Shown: positions 1 to 10,700 of the stretch, piece by piece
Layout: each line of letters opens with the position of its first letter
Numbering within the stretch: position 1 is the first letter of the stretch
Virus record (IMG/VR): IMGVR_UViG_3300020419_000004
Length of the DNA: 64,000 bases
Strand: one strand, 5' to 3'
Source: a virus
The notes under the pieces: generated by a model
What the model was told of the DNA's origin: nothing
The model's database searches: none
What the model saw: only the letters and a program-made list of their open reading frames with translations
Program-made: the position numbers and the translations under genes

Positions 1-1
1 G

Positions 2-3000
2 GCATTTAACAAAGCAAAAGAATATGCTGCTAGTATTCTTATCAATACTGCGATTACTATCCAAGGACAACACGGATACACCCAAGTAACTAACACTGGA
101 GTCACATTTGATGCTGCGACATGTGCAACTGTAGACGCTGCAATGGACACTCTATTCAATATTGTTACTACTGCTATCAGTAATGATACTCTTGCTAGTG
201 TAACCAGAACTAACCCATCAAATCACATTCTGCATATTGAGGGAGAAGAGATTGAAACCATTCATGCAATCAACAAAGCTAGGGACTTAATGAACTTAGC
301 GGTAGTCAACAACCTACCTATTGGCACATACACTACCAAGGTTCCTGTTACTGACCTCAGTATTACACTAGCCTCAGACAGTTGTGCAACTGTCACATCC
401 GCTATCACAACCCTTGCTAAGTTGATGACTGATGGTATTGATAATCCATCTACACTACCTCAACTGAACGAAGGTAACTATCCAAATATTAGAACAGGAA
501 CCCCTATTACAGGATTAACTAATGGTACTGCATACTTTGTCAAATATGTTGATGCAAATACAATTGAACTTAGAACTATAGCAGGTGGTCAGTCAATTAA
601 CTTAACTGGGGTTGGTGCTGGTACAGGTCATACTATTAGAGCATTTATTGATGGTGTTAACACTCAGTTTAAACTAGTTGAGAATGGAGCTCCATTCAGT
701 ACTAGACTAGGTAAGACTCCAGATAAGGATCAGTTATTTGTTCTTGCTAATGGTATTGTTCAGAACCCTACCAATTACACATATGCAAGTGATATCATAA
801 CCTTCAACAAACCATTACTTAGTGGAACGACTGTTGTGGCGATGTATTACGATCGTGCATCATATACCTCCAGTTTCCAGTTAGATACTATTGGAGATGA
901 GATCAAGACATTTGATGTTGCTAATGGTCTAACACCTGGCAATGGATATAGTAATGGCACATATATCAATGTACCACTTAAAAATAATCTTGGTTCTGGT
1001 AGTGGTGCTACTGCAGATATTACAGTCACAAGCAATAAGGTATCTAATGTTGTACTCAACCAAGCAGGTAATGGATATACTGAAAATGATGTATTGGGCA
1101 TATCTGAGATAGGAGAACAGTTAACTAATAATTACATTCCTTCTACAGCATCTTATACACCTGCTAGTGGTGATTTAGAGTTGACTATTGGTAATCACAC
1201 TCTAACAACTAATGACACAATCAGAATTGCTAATGATGCTCTAATATTCTCATGCAGTTACGGTGGTGGTGGCAATCAGAACTATCCTAGATCCACAGAC
1301 CCTATCGGAAATCTATTTGATGTTCCTATTACTGCTACTAGTGCAACCACTATTACAGTCAATGCTTTACAAGGCACAACTCCTACAAACACTGATGCTC
1401 ATACATGGCAAGGATTAAAGGCATATCAGTTCCAACCTACTAAGGTCAAGTATATTCCTGCAACAGGTGACATGATAGTTACTGCTGCTAGTCATGGAAT
1501 GTATAAGGGAGATAGAATTCAGATTGATACAGATTCATTCACCTTCACTTGCTCTAAAGATAATAACAGTAGTAATCACACATATCCTCGTGCTTCAGAT
1601 CCTGTAGGTGGTGCATGGTTGACAATTGCTAGTGTAACCACAGATGCATTCACAGTTAACGTTGGTGCTAACGAGAGAATGTCATTTACACCATCAGCAT
1701 CAACATATAATGCTGCTACAGGTGATGTGACACTTGATATTGGTGCACATGCTTTAGTTGCTCCACTAGATCATACTGCAACGAATGCAGTCTATACACC
1801 TGCTGATGGTAAGGTTGTTATCACTGTAGTTGGACATGGAATGTCTAATGGTGACAGAGTGTGGATCGTAGATGATTCATTATCATTCACATGTACTCAT
1901 GGTTCTGGAACTAAAACATATCCTAGATCAACTGACCCTATCAGTGGTAAGTTTGTAGAGATCTTTGATGTATCAAATGATACATTCACTATTCAGTGTT
2001 TGGAGACTATCCCATCAAGCAATACTACTACTCATACATTTGTATCTGCTCAAGGTGCAGGTATTAAACAAGCAAGAGATTTTGTAAGAATTAAGAGAAA
2101 TGGATTGATCTATACTTGTGAGATGGATGACAGAGCAACACGTCATTCTTATCCTCGTCAAGGTGATCCTGCAGATGGTGCACCACTAGGTGTTAAATCA
2201 GTCTCAGGCAACGTTATCACTGTAAACGTTGGTAAGTCACCTATTGTCAATTACACCCCTACAGATGCCACATACTCCCCAACCACAGGAGTTATGGAAT
2301 TGACTATCGGTTCTCATAGTCTTGTTGCTGGTAAGAGTATTAAATTAGCAGAGGGTGCTGTAACATTTACCTGTGCACAGGATGGTAATACTGTCAGTAA
2401 GAGTTATCCAAGATCATTGACAGATGGATTTGATGTAACAGGTGTTAACTATAATCCTGACAACGGTGTTATGACAGTTACGTCACTGGCACATGGTATG
2501 GCGAATGCTGATTGGATTAAATTCAAACCAGAATCATTAACATTCACATGTGGACTAGATGGTAATGTTAAGAAAAAACAGTATCCACGTGCTACAGATT
2601 ACCCCTATGATAGGTGGTTAAAGGTATCAAATGTTACAACTGATACATTTGACGTTGTTGTTCTAGATGTTGTACCTTCTACTAATACAGATACCCATTT
2701 ATTCAGTCCATTACCTACTAGAGGACCTTCCTCAGTATCTTATAATGCAACTTCAGGTATAATGAGTATCTCAGTTGAGCAGTTTAATGTAACTGATGCA
2801 ACTTATAATGGTACAACAGGTGACATGGTACTAAACATTGGTACTCATAACCTAACAACTCTTAATGTAATCAGACTTGATGAGGAATCATTATCATTCA
2901 GTTGTGAATATAACGGACAAGTACAGACTAAGGCATATCCAAGATCAAATGGTAATGACTATGTTTACAACGTTGATATTCCAATCACAGCATACACACC

Positions 3001-6000
3001 TACTACAATTACAGTCAATGTAAATGGTGGTCAAGGTGCTATCAGTCATGCTGTACCTCATACCTTTATAAGTGCTACCGCAAACTGTGTTAAATCTGGT
3101 CATGGATTATCAAATGGTGACTTCATTAAACTTAAGGATGATTCACTAACATTCAGTTGCACACAAGGTCTTGGTAATAAGAATTATCCTAGAGCAGTTC
3201 AGGCACAATATACTGCTGCAGCAGGTACTACCTATGATCCTGTAACAGGTCTTATGAATGTTACTACTTCAATCAACCATGCAATTCAGGTTGGTGATAA
3301 AATTAAATTTGATGATGGTGCTACATCATTCAGTTGTACTGCAGGTTCATTCCCACATACATTCGTAAGTGCTACTGCTAACGCTGTTACTGTAGTGACA
3401 GATAGTAATGCTCAGAGAAACGTAACAGATGCAGCATATAATCCTGCAAATGGTCAGGTAGAATTGACAATAGGTTCTCACAGTTATACAACAAGTGATA
3501 CCGTTAAGATTGCTGTTAACTCTATAACATTTACTTGTGATGAAGATAGTAATGCTACCCTTCACTCATATCCTAGGATAACTGATCAGGCATATGAAGC
3601 AGTATTACCAATTCTTGCTGAGACTGGTACTACAATTACGGTTGCTGTTGGTACTGCAGCATCTACTGCTGCTACTGCATACCCAAGATCAGGAGACTAT
3701 GCTAGTGGTAAATGGTTAGAGGTATATTCAAGAACTGCTAATACCTTTACTGTCAAGGTATTGGATAGCGTTCCTTCAACAAATATTGCACCTCATACAT
3801 TTACGACTGGTTCTACTAATGGTATTACATTAAAGGATCCTGCAAGTCAAGAGTTTCTTCCTGTATCAAATGTTACATTCAACTCATTCGATGTACAAGT
3901 TCTCAATACTGTACCTTCAACTAATACAACCGTTCACACATATATCTCTGGTGATGCAGATGCCATTACCATTGCACCATTTGAGAAGAAGCGTGACCCA
4001 TTCTATGATACTGCCTTAAAGATTACTGCAACTACTGCAACGACTATTAGTGTTGATGTTCTTACTACTGAACAGAGTACAAATACCTACGCTCATAGTT
4101 TCGTATCTGCCTTAGCAGATGGAGTTATAACAGGTGGTAACTATGCTCATACATTTGTCGCTGCAGATGCTGGTGCTATTGTAACAGGAGATAGACATAC
4201 ATTTGTGAGTGCCACTTCAAATAGTGTCACAAGGGGTATTGTCACCCATGGTGTATTTGCGTATAACAAACTTGCAGATGCAGGTAGGTTGATACGTGAC
4301 AACCTAGAGTTCATTGCAACTACTGCATATGGTAGAATGCTTGCTGCTAACCCAAGTTTCAATGGTGATGCCTACAAAGTCAAATGTATTCGTGACACTA
4401 AGTTGATATGTGATGCTGTTGCAGATAATATAGAATTTGGTGGAAACGATGCTACTTATGATGCAGCAAACTTCTATGTTGGAACTGTACACTTGACTGG
4501 TGAAGAAGATCAGTCTGTTCAAGTATTCAACGCTGCTAGAGATATATGTCGTGAAGTTATGCGTAATATCACAGTTACAACTAACTCAACCACTCTTGGA
4601 TCTCAATTCAAGGATCTAACTATAACTAACGATAGTGGAAATGATGTGTACGACACAAATGACTGTACTGCCATCGCTTCTTCTATCACAACACTCTTCG
4701 CTATTGTTACTACCGCAGTTGGTACTACAGCAGGTGGTTCTGGTAATCTTAATAGTATTACAAGAACAGAAGCATCCAACCCATTCTTCCAGATTGGAGT
4801 GGGAACTGTAACCTTTGATGGCACAGACACCACATATACTGCACAGGTAGGCGGTAGTACACAAGTACTACCCGCAAGTGATAACTTCCTAATATTCTTG
4901 AACAGCACCCTACAGGTTAAAGGTAGTACTGAGTCTTACACATACACTGGTAGCACATTAACCTTTAATGAGGCACCTCTACCAGGAATGGACTTCTATG
5001 GGTTCTACTTTGGTAAATTGGAACTTATTGACGATCTTGCACCATACTTTGACAACTCTAAGAGAAACTTCACTATGAAGAAGGATAATGAACCAATATC
5101 CTTAGAATCTGATAACGCTTCTGTTATTGCATCTAACAACTTGGTCATCTTCCTAAATGGTGTATTCCAAGAACCTCAGCAAGCATATAACTTGAGAGGA
5201 TCTATTATTGAGTTCAGTGAAGCACCAAGAGCAGGTTCTGACTGTACTGCATTTATATTCACAGGATCTGCTGAAGACGTATTATTGAGTAATACATACA
5301 ACTCTGTTGATCCTGGTGACAGACTTCAGGTTGCTAGTGAAGGAGATGACAGACTGATTGCTACAGTTTCTAGTTCTACTTCTATTGATAGTTACGAGTA
5401 CGTAGGTCTTAGACCAATACCTGCAGAGTTCGTAGCTACTATATCCAGTGGTAGAGTGACACAGGTTAGTATAACTAATCCTGGTTCTAACTATGAAGTA
5501 CCACCAATCTTATTATTCCAAGGTGGAGGTGGTGAAGGTGCATTCGCAGAAACAACTATCGAAGAGGGTAGTGGTAAGGTTATCTCAGTTACAAACTTGA
5601 AAGGTGGTAATAATTATGCTACAGTGCCTACAGTGTTAGCAACACACCCACTTCACTTAGAGAGAAAGGAAAGGAACAGAATTATCTCAGATTCAAATCT
5701 GATTGCTAATTCCTTCCTAACTAGTTCTGTCACAGATAGTGATACTACATTAAATCTGCAGAATGTCTGGTATGATGTTTCTCAAAAATATGGTTTCCCT
5801 GATGAAGCAGAAGTGCTTATTACATTCTATAATACTGTGAAGCAACATTGGACTGCTGAGAGAATTCTCTATGGTGCAAAGGATACATCTGCTAATACAT
5901 TAACAGTAGCAACTGGTGGTAGAGGGTTTATGGGAACGACTGCCCATGCTCACACTATATTAACAGGAACTTACAGTGCGACAGGAACTGCGTGTACTGT

Positions 6001-6193
6001 AACTACAGCATCAGCTCATAATCTAATCAATGACATGTATCAATACTTAGATTTCACGAGTGGTGATGGTTTCGACGGATCTTATAAAGTTACCGTTACA
6101 GGAGCCACAACATTCACAGTCGAATTCCCGTTCTCTAGAACAACAAGCGGAAACGTAAGTCTCCTCCCAGAAGTTCGTCTGAGATCATTATAA
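2..6193 (+). CDS. gp7: Giant baseplate wedge initiator gp7-like protein, 5'-truncated by the window
   Basis: Frame is open from position 2 (AFNKAKEYAAS...) through the track's ATG at 143 to TAA 6191-6193, so the true start is upstream. It lies directly before gp8 and has cyanophage-type fibre/baseplate modules. The gp7 call rests mainly on position and architecture. Confidence 0.75.
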   Translation, partial: AFNKAKEYAASILINTAITIQGQHGYTQVTNTGVTFDAATCATVDAAMDTLFNIVTTAISNDTLASVTRTNPSNHILHIEGEEIETIHAINKARDLMNLAVVNNLPIGTYTTKVPVTDLSITLASDSCATVTSAITTLAKLMTDGIDNPSTLPQLNEGNYPNIRTGTPITGLTNGTAYFVKYVDANTIELRTIAGGQSINLTGVGAGTGHTIRAFIDGVNTQFKLVENGAPFSTRLGKTPDKDQLFVLANGIVQNPTNYTYASDIITFNKPLLSGTTVVAMYYDRASYTSSFQLDTIGDEIKTFDVANGLTPGNGYSNGTYINVPLKNNLGSGSGATADITVTSNKVSNVVLNQAGNGYTENDVLGISEIGEQLTNNYIPSTASYTPASGDLELTIGNHTLTTNDTIRIANDALIFSCSYGGGGNQNYPRSTDPIGNLFDVPITATSATTITVNALQGTTPTNTDAHTWQGLKAYQFQPTKVKYIPATGDMIVTAASHGMYKGDRIQIDTDSFTFTCSKDNNSSNHTYPRASDPVGGAWLTIASVTTDAFTVNVGANERMSFTPSASTYNAATGDVTLDIGAHALVAPLDHTATNAVYTPADGKVVITVVGHGMSNGDRVWIVDDSLSFTCTHGSGTKTYPRSTDPISGKFVEIFDVSNDTFTIQCLETIPSSNTTTHTFVSAQGAGIKQARDFVRIKRNGLIYTCEMDDRATRHSYPRQGDPADGAPLGVKSVSGNVITVNVGKSPIVNYTPTDATYSPTTGVMELTIGSHSLVAGKSIKLAEGAVTFTCAQDGNTVSKSYPRSLTDGFDVTGVNYNPDNGVMTVTSLAHGMANADWIKFKPESLTFTCGLDGNVKKKQYPRATDYPYDRWLKVSNVTTDTFDVVVLDVVPSTNTDTHLFSPLPTRGPSSVSYNATSGIMSISVEQFNVTDATYNGTTGDMVLNIGTHNLTTLNVIRLDEESLSFSCEYNGQVQTKAYPRSNGNDYVYNVDIPITAYTPTTITVNVNGGQGAISHAVPHTFISATANCVKSGHGLSNGDFIKLKDDSLTFSCTQGLGNKNYPRAVQAQYTAAAGTTYDPVTGLMNVTTSINHAIQVGDKIKFDDGATSFSCTAGSFPHTFVSATANAVTVVTDSNAQRNVTDAAYNPANGQVELTIGSHSYTTSDTVKIAVNSITFTCDEDSNATLHSYPRITDQAYEAVLPILAETGTTITVAVGTAASTAATAYPRSGDYASGKWLEVYSRTANTFTVKVLDSVPSTNIAPHTFTTGSTNGITLKDPASQEFLPVSNVTFNSFDVQVLNTVPSTNTTVHTYISGDADAITIAPFEKKRDPFYDTALKITATTATTISVDVLTTEQSTNTYAHSFVSALADGVITGGNYAHTFVAADAGAIVTGDRHTFVSATSNSVTRGIVTHGVFAYNKLADAGRLIRDNLEFIATTAYGRMLAANPSFNGDAYKVKCIRDTKLICDAVADNIEFGGNDATYDAANFYVGTVHLTGEEDQSVQVFNAARDICREVMRNITVTTNSTTLGSQFKDLTITNDSGNDVYDTNDCTAIASSITTLFAIVTTAVGTTAGGSGNLNSITRTEASNPFFQIGVGTVTFDGTDTTYTAQVGGSTQVLPASDNFLIFLNSTLQVKGSTESYTYTGSTLTFNEAPLPGMDFYGFYFGKLELIDDLAPYFDNSKRNFTMKKDNEPISLESDNASVIASNNLVIFLNGVFQEPQQAYNLRGSIIEFSEAPRAGSDCTAFIFTGSAEDVLLSNTYNSVDPGDRLQVASEGDDRLIATVSSSTSIDSYEYVGLRPIPAEFVATISSGRVTQVSITNPGSNYEVPPILLFQGGGGEGAFAETTIEEGSGKVISVTNLKGGNNYATVPTVLATHPLHLERKERNRIISDSNLIANSFLTSSVTDSDTTLNLQNVWYDVSQKYGFPDEAEVLITFYNTVKQHWTAERILYGAKDTSANTLTVATGGRGFMGTTAHAHTILTGTYSATGTACTVTTASAHNLINDMYQYLDFTSGDGFDGSYKVTVTGATTFTVEFPFSRTTSGNVSLLPEVRLRSL
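1124..4237 (+). repeat. Array of 10 nested ~100-aa YPRxxDP/HTF domains in gp7
   Basis: Ten YPR motifs in the translation, each with TxAxYxPxTG, HxL/HG, (T/S)F(T/S)C and HTF(V/I)SA elements. Protein-level repeat with diverged DNA. Confidence 0.9.
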
Positions 6194-6196
6194 ATA
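6189..6196 (+). promoter_or_regulatory. T4-type late promoter TATAAATA
   Basis: Exact T4 late consensus overlapping the gp7 stop, 21 nt before the gp8 ATG. Confidence 0.8.
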
Positions 6197-6216
6197 ACCA
6201 ATAAAGCTTGTAGGTA

Positions 6217-7731
6217 ATGGCATTAGTTACTGATAAATTTAGAATATACGCTGCCGAGAGCTTCAGAAATACTCTGCAAAGCTCAAACAAAGTGTACATG
6301 TTCGTCGGTAGGGCGAAAACATGGGGGTCTTCTGACATCCCACCAACAGGTGAGCCTATCGACAGTTTTGAGTATGCAAGAACTACATATCAGGATTCCG
6401 TTGCCTTTAAGCGTGTTGATATATCTGATACTGCATTAGTAGTTCCTAGAGTTGATTGGGTTGACCCAACAAAGACAACTGGTGGAGTTGGTCGTACATA
6501 TTCAATGTACAAACCAGACTATGCACCAACTAAGACAACCGCAAACGGTGCGTCTAGGTTGTATGATAGTAACTTCTATGTTATGAACTCAGACTTCAAT
6601 GTCTATAAGTGTCTTTATAATGGTGAAGATCCAGACTATCCAAGAGGTAGACCTTCTTTGGTAGAACCAACTGGTACATCAACCACAATTATTGAAACAT
6701 CTGATAGTCCTGGTGTATATTCCTATAGATGGAAATATCTCTATACTATTGATGCTGATAATATTCTAAAGTTTGTTACTTCTGAATTTGTCCCTGTATT
6801 ATCCAATACTCTAGTAAATTCTGCAGCAAACCCAGGTTCAATTGACACTGTTGTCGTTGAGAATGCTGGTGCAGGTTATAACAACGGTACATATACCAAT
6901 GTTCCTATTCGTGGAGATTGGGAAATCAATAGTGGAACCCAAGCACTATGTACTGTAACTGTTGTTTCAGGTTCTATATCTGCAGTGACTGTTACTCAAG
7001 CAGGTTCTGGATATAGTTTTGCTTCTATTGATGTGGCACTAATTACTAATATTGGTAATGGTACTAATGCAGCACTTGACGTTGTACTACCTCCTCAGGG
7101 TGGTCATGGTGCAGACGCTGTTAGAGAATTAGGTGCATATCGTCTTATGTTCACTAGTAAATTAGAAACTACTAGTGCATTCGTTGATTTCCCTAATGAT
7201 TTGTCATACAGAAGGGTTGGTCTTGTACTAAACCCATTTGATTACAATACTACTAGTATTTGTAGTCAGAACACAAGATCTGCTGTTAAGGCAATGATCT
7301 TTCCCCAGTCTGGTACTGGTACTCCTAGCGGAAGTTTTGCACCTGGTGAGACTATTACACAGACAAGCACAAATGCGAAAGGATTTGTAGTTTCTTATGA
7401 CTCTACAACTAAAACTTTAAAATATTATCAGGATTCTGTTGATGGTACTGTCAATGGCAATATTATTGCGTTCTCTGGTTCAAACCAGATTACAGGTGGT
7501 ACAACATCATATACCGCAACCCCTGATGCAACATTTGGAACTTCATCCGTTCCACTATCACAGATTACTATTGGTGTATCTGTGTATGAGTTAGGTCTTT
7601 CATTCGTCACTGGTTATGCCAATGAAGAGATAGAACTAAACTCAGGTGAAATGCTTTACATAGATAATAGGATTCCGATCACAAGATCGGCAGACCAAAA
7701 CGAAGAGTTAAAAGTAGTAATTGAATTCTAA
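6217..7731 (+). CDS. gp8: Baseplate wedge subunit gp8
   Basis: 504 aa. MALVTDKFRIYAAESF, FYVMNSDFNVYKCLYNG, YRWKYLYTI, YRRVGLVLNP and C-terminal GEMLYIDNRIPITRSADQNEELKVVIEF are typical of T4-like gp8. Confidence 0.9.
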   Translation: MALVTDKFRIYAAESFRNTLQSSNKVYMFVGRAKTWGSSDIPPTGEPIDSFEYARTTYQDSVAFKRVDISDTALVVPRVDWVDPTKTTGGVGRTYSMYKPDYAPTKTTANGASRLYDSNFYVMNSDFNVYKCLYNGEDPDYPRGRPSLVEPTGTSTTIIETSDSPGVYSYRWKYLYTIDADNILKFVTSEFVPVLSNTLVNSAANPGSIDTVVVENAGAGYNNGTYTNVPIRGDWEINSGTQALCTVTVVSGSISAVTVTQAGSGYSFASIDVALITNIGNGTNAALDVVLPPQGGHGADAVRELGAYRLMFTSKLETTSAFVDFPNDLSYRRVGLVLNPFDYNTTSICSQNTRSAVKAMIFPQSGTGTPSGSFAPGETITQTSTNAKGFVVSYDSTTKTLKYYQDSVDGTVNGNIIAFSGSNQITGGTTSYTATPDATFGTSSVPLSQITIGVSVYELGLSFVTGYANEEIELNSGEMLYIDNRIPITRSADQNEELKVVIEF

Positions 7732-10700
7732 ATGGCACAGAATACTAACCTGAACATAGCTCCTTACTACGACGATTTTGATCAGAGTAAGGGTTTCCTA
7801 AAAGTACTGTTCAAGCCTGGCTACCCAGTCCAAGCGAGAGAACTTACTACGCTTCAGAGTGTACTTCAAAATCAGATCGACACATTTGGTACAGGTGTCT
7901 ATAAAGAAGGTTCTATGGTGGTGCCAGGTGGCATTACACTGAACAATGATGTAGCTTGTGTCATAATACAAAATACGTACCTCAATTTAGATGTAGAACT
8001 ATACAGAACTGCTCTCGATGGATTAGTTATTAAGGGATCAACCTCTGGTGTGCGTGCCCGTATACTATTTTCTATTAGTGCTACTACATCAACTAAAAAT
8101 AATATCACATTCTATGTCAATTACCTCCAAAAGGCAACTGACAACACTACTAGTTACTTCTCAGATGGTGAAACCTTCACTTGTGAGACTGATTTCACTT
8201 ATGCTTCCACAACTATTGCTGCTGGAACACCTATTGCACAGTTATTAAACTCTAATTCTAATAGTAGAGGTTCTACAGCGAGTGTAGGATCTGGAACTTA
8301 CTATGTTAGAGGATATTTTGTTCCTGTAAACGAACAAACTCTCATTTTAGACCAGTATGGCACTTCACCATCATATAAAGTTGGTCTAAAAGTAGAAGAA
8401 AGGATTATAACTGCTGATGAAGACGCAACTCTTTACGATAATGCCATTGGTAGTACCAATTTCTCAGCACCAGGTGCCGATAGATTTAAAATTAACCTAT
8501 CTTTAGTCAAAAAAGCAGTCACAGACCCCAATGCTGCTGACTTTATTGAGCTTCTTAGGACTGATACTGGTAAAATTCAGAAGAAAGTCGAACGTAGCAC
8601 ACTAGGATTCATCAATGATGTCCTTGCTACTAGAACAAAAGAAGAATCTGGTAACTATTATGTCAAGAAATTCACTATAGATGCAAGAGAGAACCTTGAT
8701 GATGGGTTTAACAATGGTGTATTTGCTTCAGGCTCTACTACCTCTGATGGTAATACTCCATCTGAATCTAATATTGCTGTTCAACTATCTGGTGGTTCTG
8801 CATACATTTCTGGTTACAGAACAGAAAGACTATCTACATCTTATAAGGATGTGGAAAAACCAAGGACTTTTGATACTGTAGTAAATCAATCTCTTACATC
8901 TGATTTTGGTAACTATGTCTTCATGACAAACCAACATCAAGCACCTACCATATATGAGACAATTGAACTAAGAGATACAGTCACTACAACACCAGGTAGT
9001 CCTGCAGGTACTGTTATAGGTCTAGCAAGATCTCTTAACTTCTATCATGAGTCTGGAGCATATAATAATCAAGAAACAGTTTACAGGACATATCTTTCTG
9101 ATACTCAACTGTTTACAAAAATTACGTTAACTGGTAGTGGGACTTGGACAAATGGAAGAAAAGTGTACGGTGCAACTTCAGGGGCTACAGGATTCTGCAG
9201 ATCGGGTTCAGGTACTACTGGATATCTTTACCAGACTAATGGTACTTTCGTTGCAGGAGAAGACTTAAAGGTCAATAATGCTGGCGGTGCTGCTCATGGT
9301 ACTATTGCAGCTGGTGGAGTTAGGGCATATAACTTTAGTGATGTAAAATCATATGCATTCTCATCTGGTGGTGGTACTGCTGATGCAGTCATGGATGTTA
9401 GAGTTGCATTACCTGGCTCAGGTCCTATTATCTCTGGTCAGAGTGGATCTGGTACATCTCAAACTGCTACTATTACAGCAACCTTATCTAACTTCAACAC
9501 TCAGTTGAAAGTAGGTGATCTTGTTGAGTTTTCAAACAATGGTATAGCACATAAGTGTTCAGTTACTGCTGTTACCAGTGGTTCTGTATTCACAGTTCAG
9601 AAAGCAGAAGCTGGTGCAGGTAACATGGCTAATGGTGCTATCAATGGTAGTGTTGTTAGATCTCGTCCAGAAATTAAGGAAGCAACTAAGAAGAAACTCC
9701 TTACACCACTAGGATTTGAAGCATTAAAGAATACTAATAATAATAACAGTCAAAATCCTGCAGGTTATTACAGGATGAGTGTAACAGGCGTTTCTGTAAG
9801 TGGTGGTGCTGCTACAGTTGATGTAGGTTCAGGTCTATTAATTAAGAATGCAGACAGTGGTGATGACTTTGTTGTCAGTGTCACATCTGGTACAGGTGAT
9901 GGAGATATATTAAAAGAAGGTGACTTTACTACAGGTAATCCCTCAGTCAACACACAGTCTGTTGCTCTAGGTGGTTTATGTGGTGGTGGTTCTGGTACTA
10001 TTGATGTTACTGTAACAGTATACAGTTCTAATAGATCTGCTAAGGCAAAGACCACTGAGAGGATGAAGATCCTTAAAATTGACAAGACAACTGTATCTGG
10101 TAGTCCAAATGGTCTAACAACTGCTACTACTGGTAATGGATACAGAGTAGATGATGACCGTATCGCTTTAGGTACTGGTGATGTATTCAAGGTTAAGGCA
10201 GTATATGAATCTGTAAACCAATCAGATCCACAACTTCCTCAGTTTACCTATACAAATTTACTAGGTACTCTATCTGTTGACGAAGTTATCACAGGAGATA
10301 CCTCAGGTTCTAGAGCAAGAATTATATCAACCACAAGTAATATTGTATATTTCATCCCAGTAGAGGATGATGTGTTCACTGACGGTGAAACTATCACAGC
10401 ACCTAATGCTACATTAAAGATCACTACAGGTGGACTTGTTAAGGGTGCAACTGATATAACTGATAGTTTTGATTTAGATGATGGTCAGAGAGATCAATAC
10501 TATGATTATTCAACTCTTACAAGGAAGGCAGGTTATTCAGCACCTACACATAGAATATATGTTATAGTTGATCGTTTCCTTACTACTGCAGGTGTTAACC
10601 CATATACAGTAGATTCTTATTCAACATCTGAGTATAAAATTATACCAGAGTTTGATACTGGAAACCTTAGAGATGTTATTGACTTTAGACCAATAGTTGC

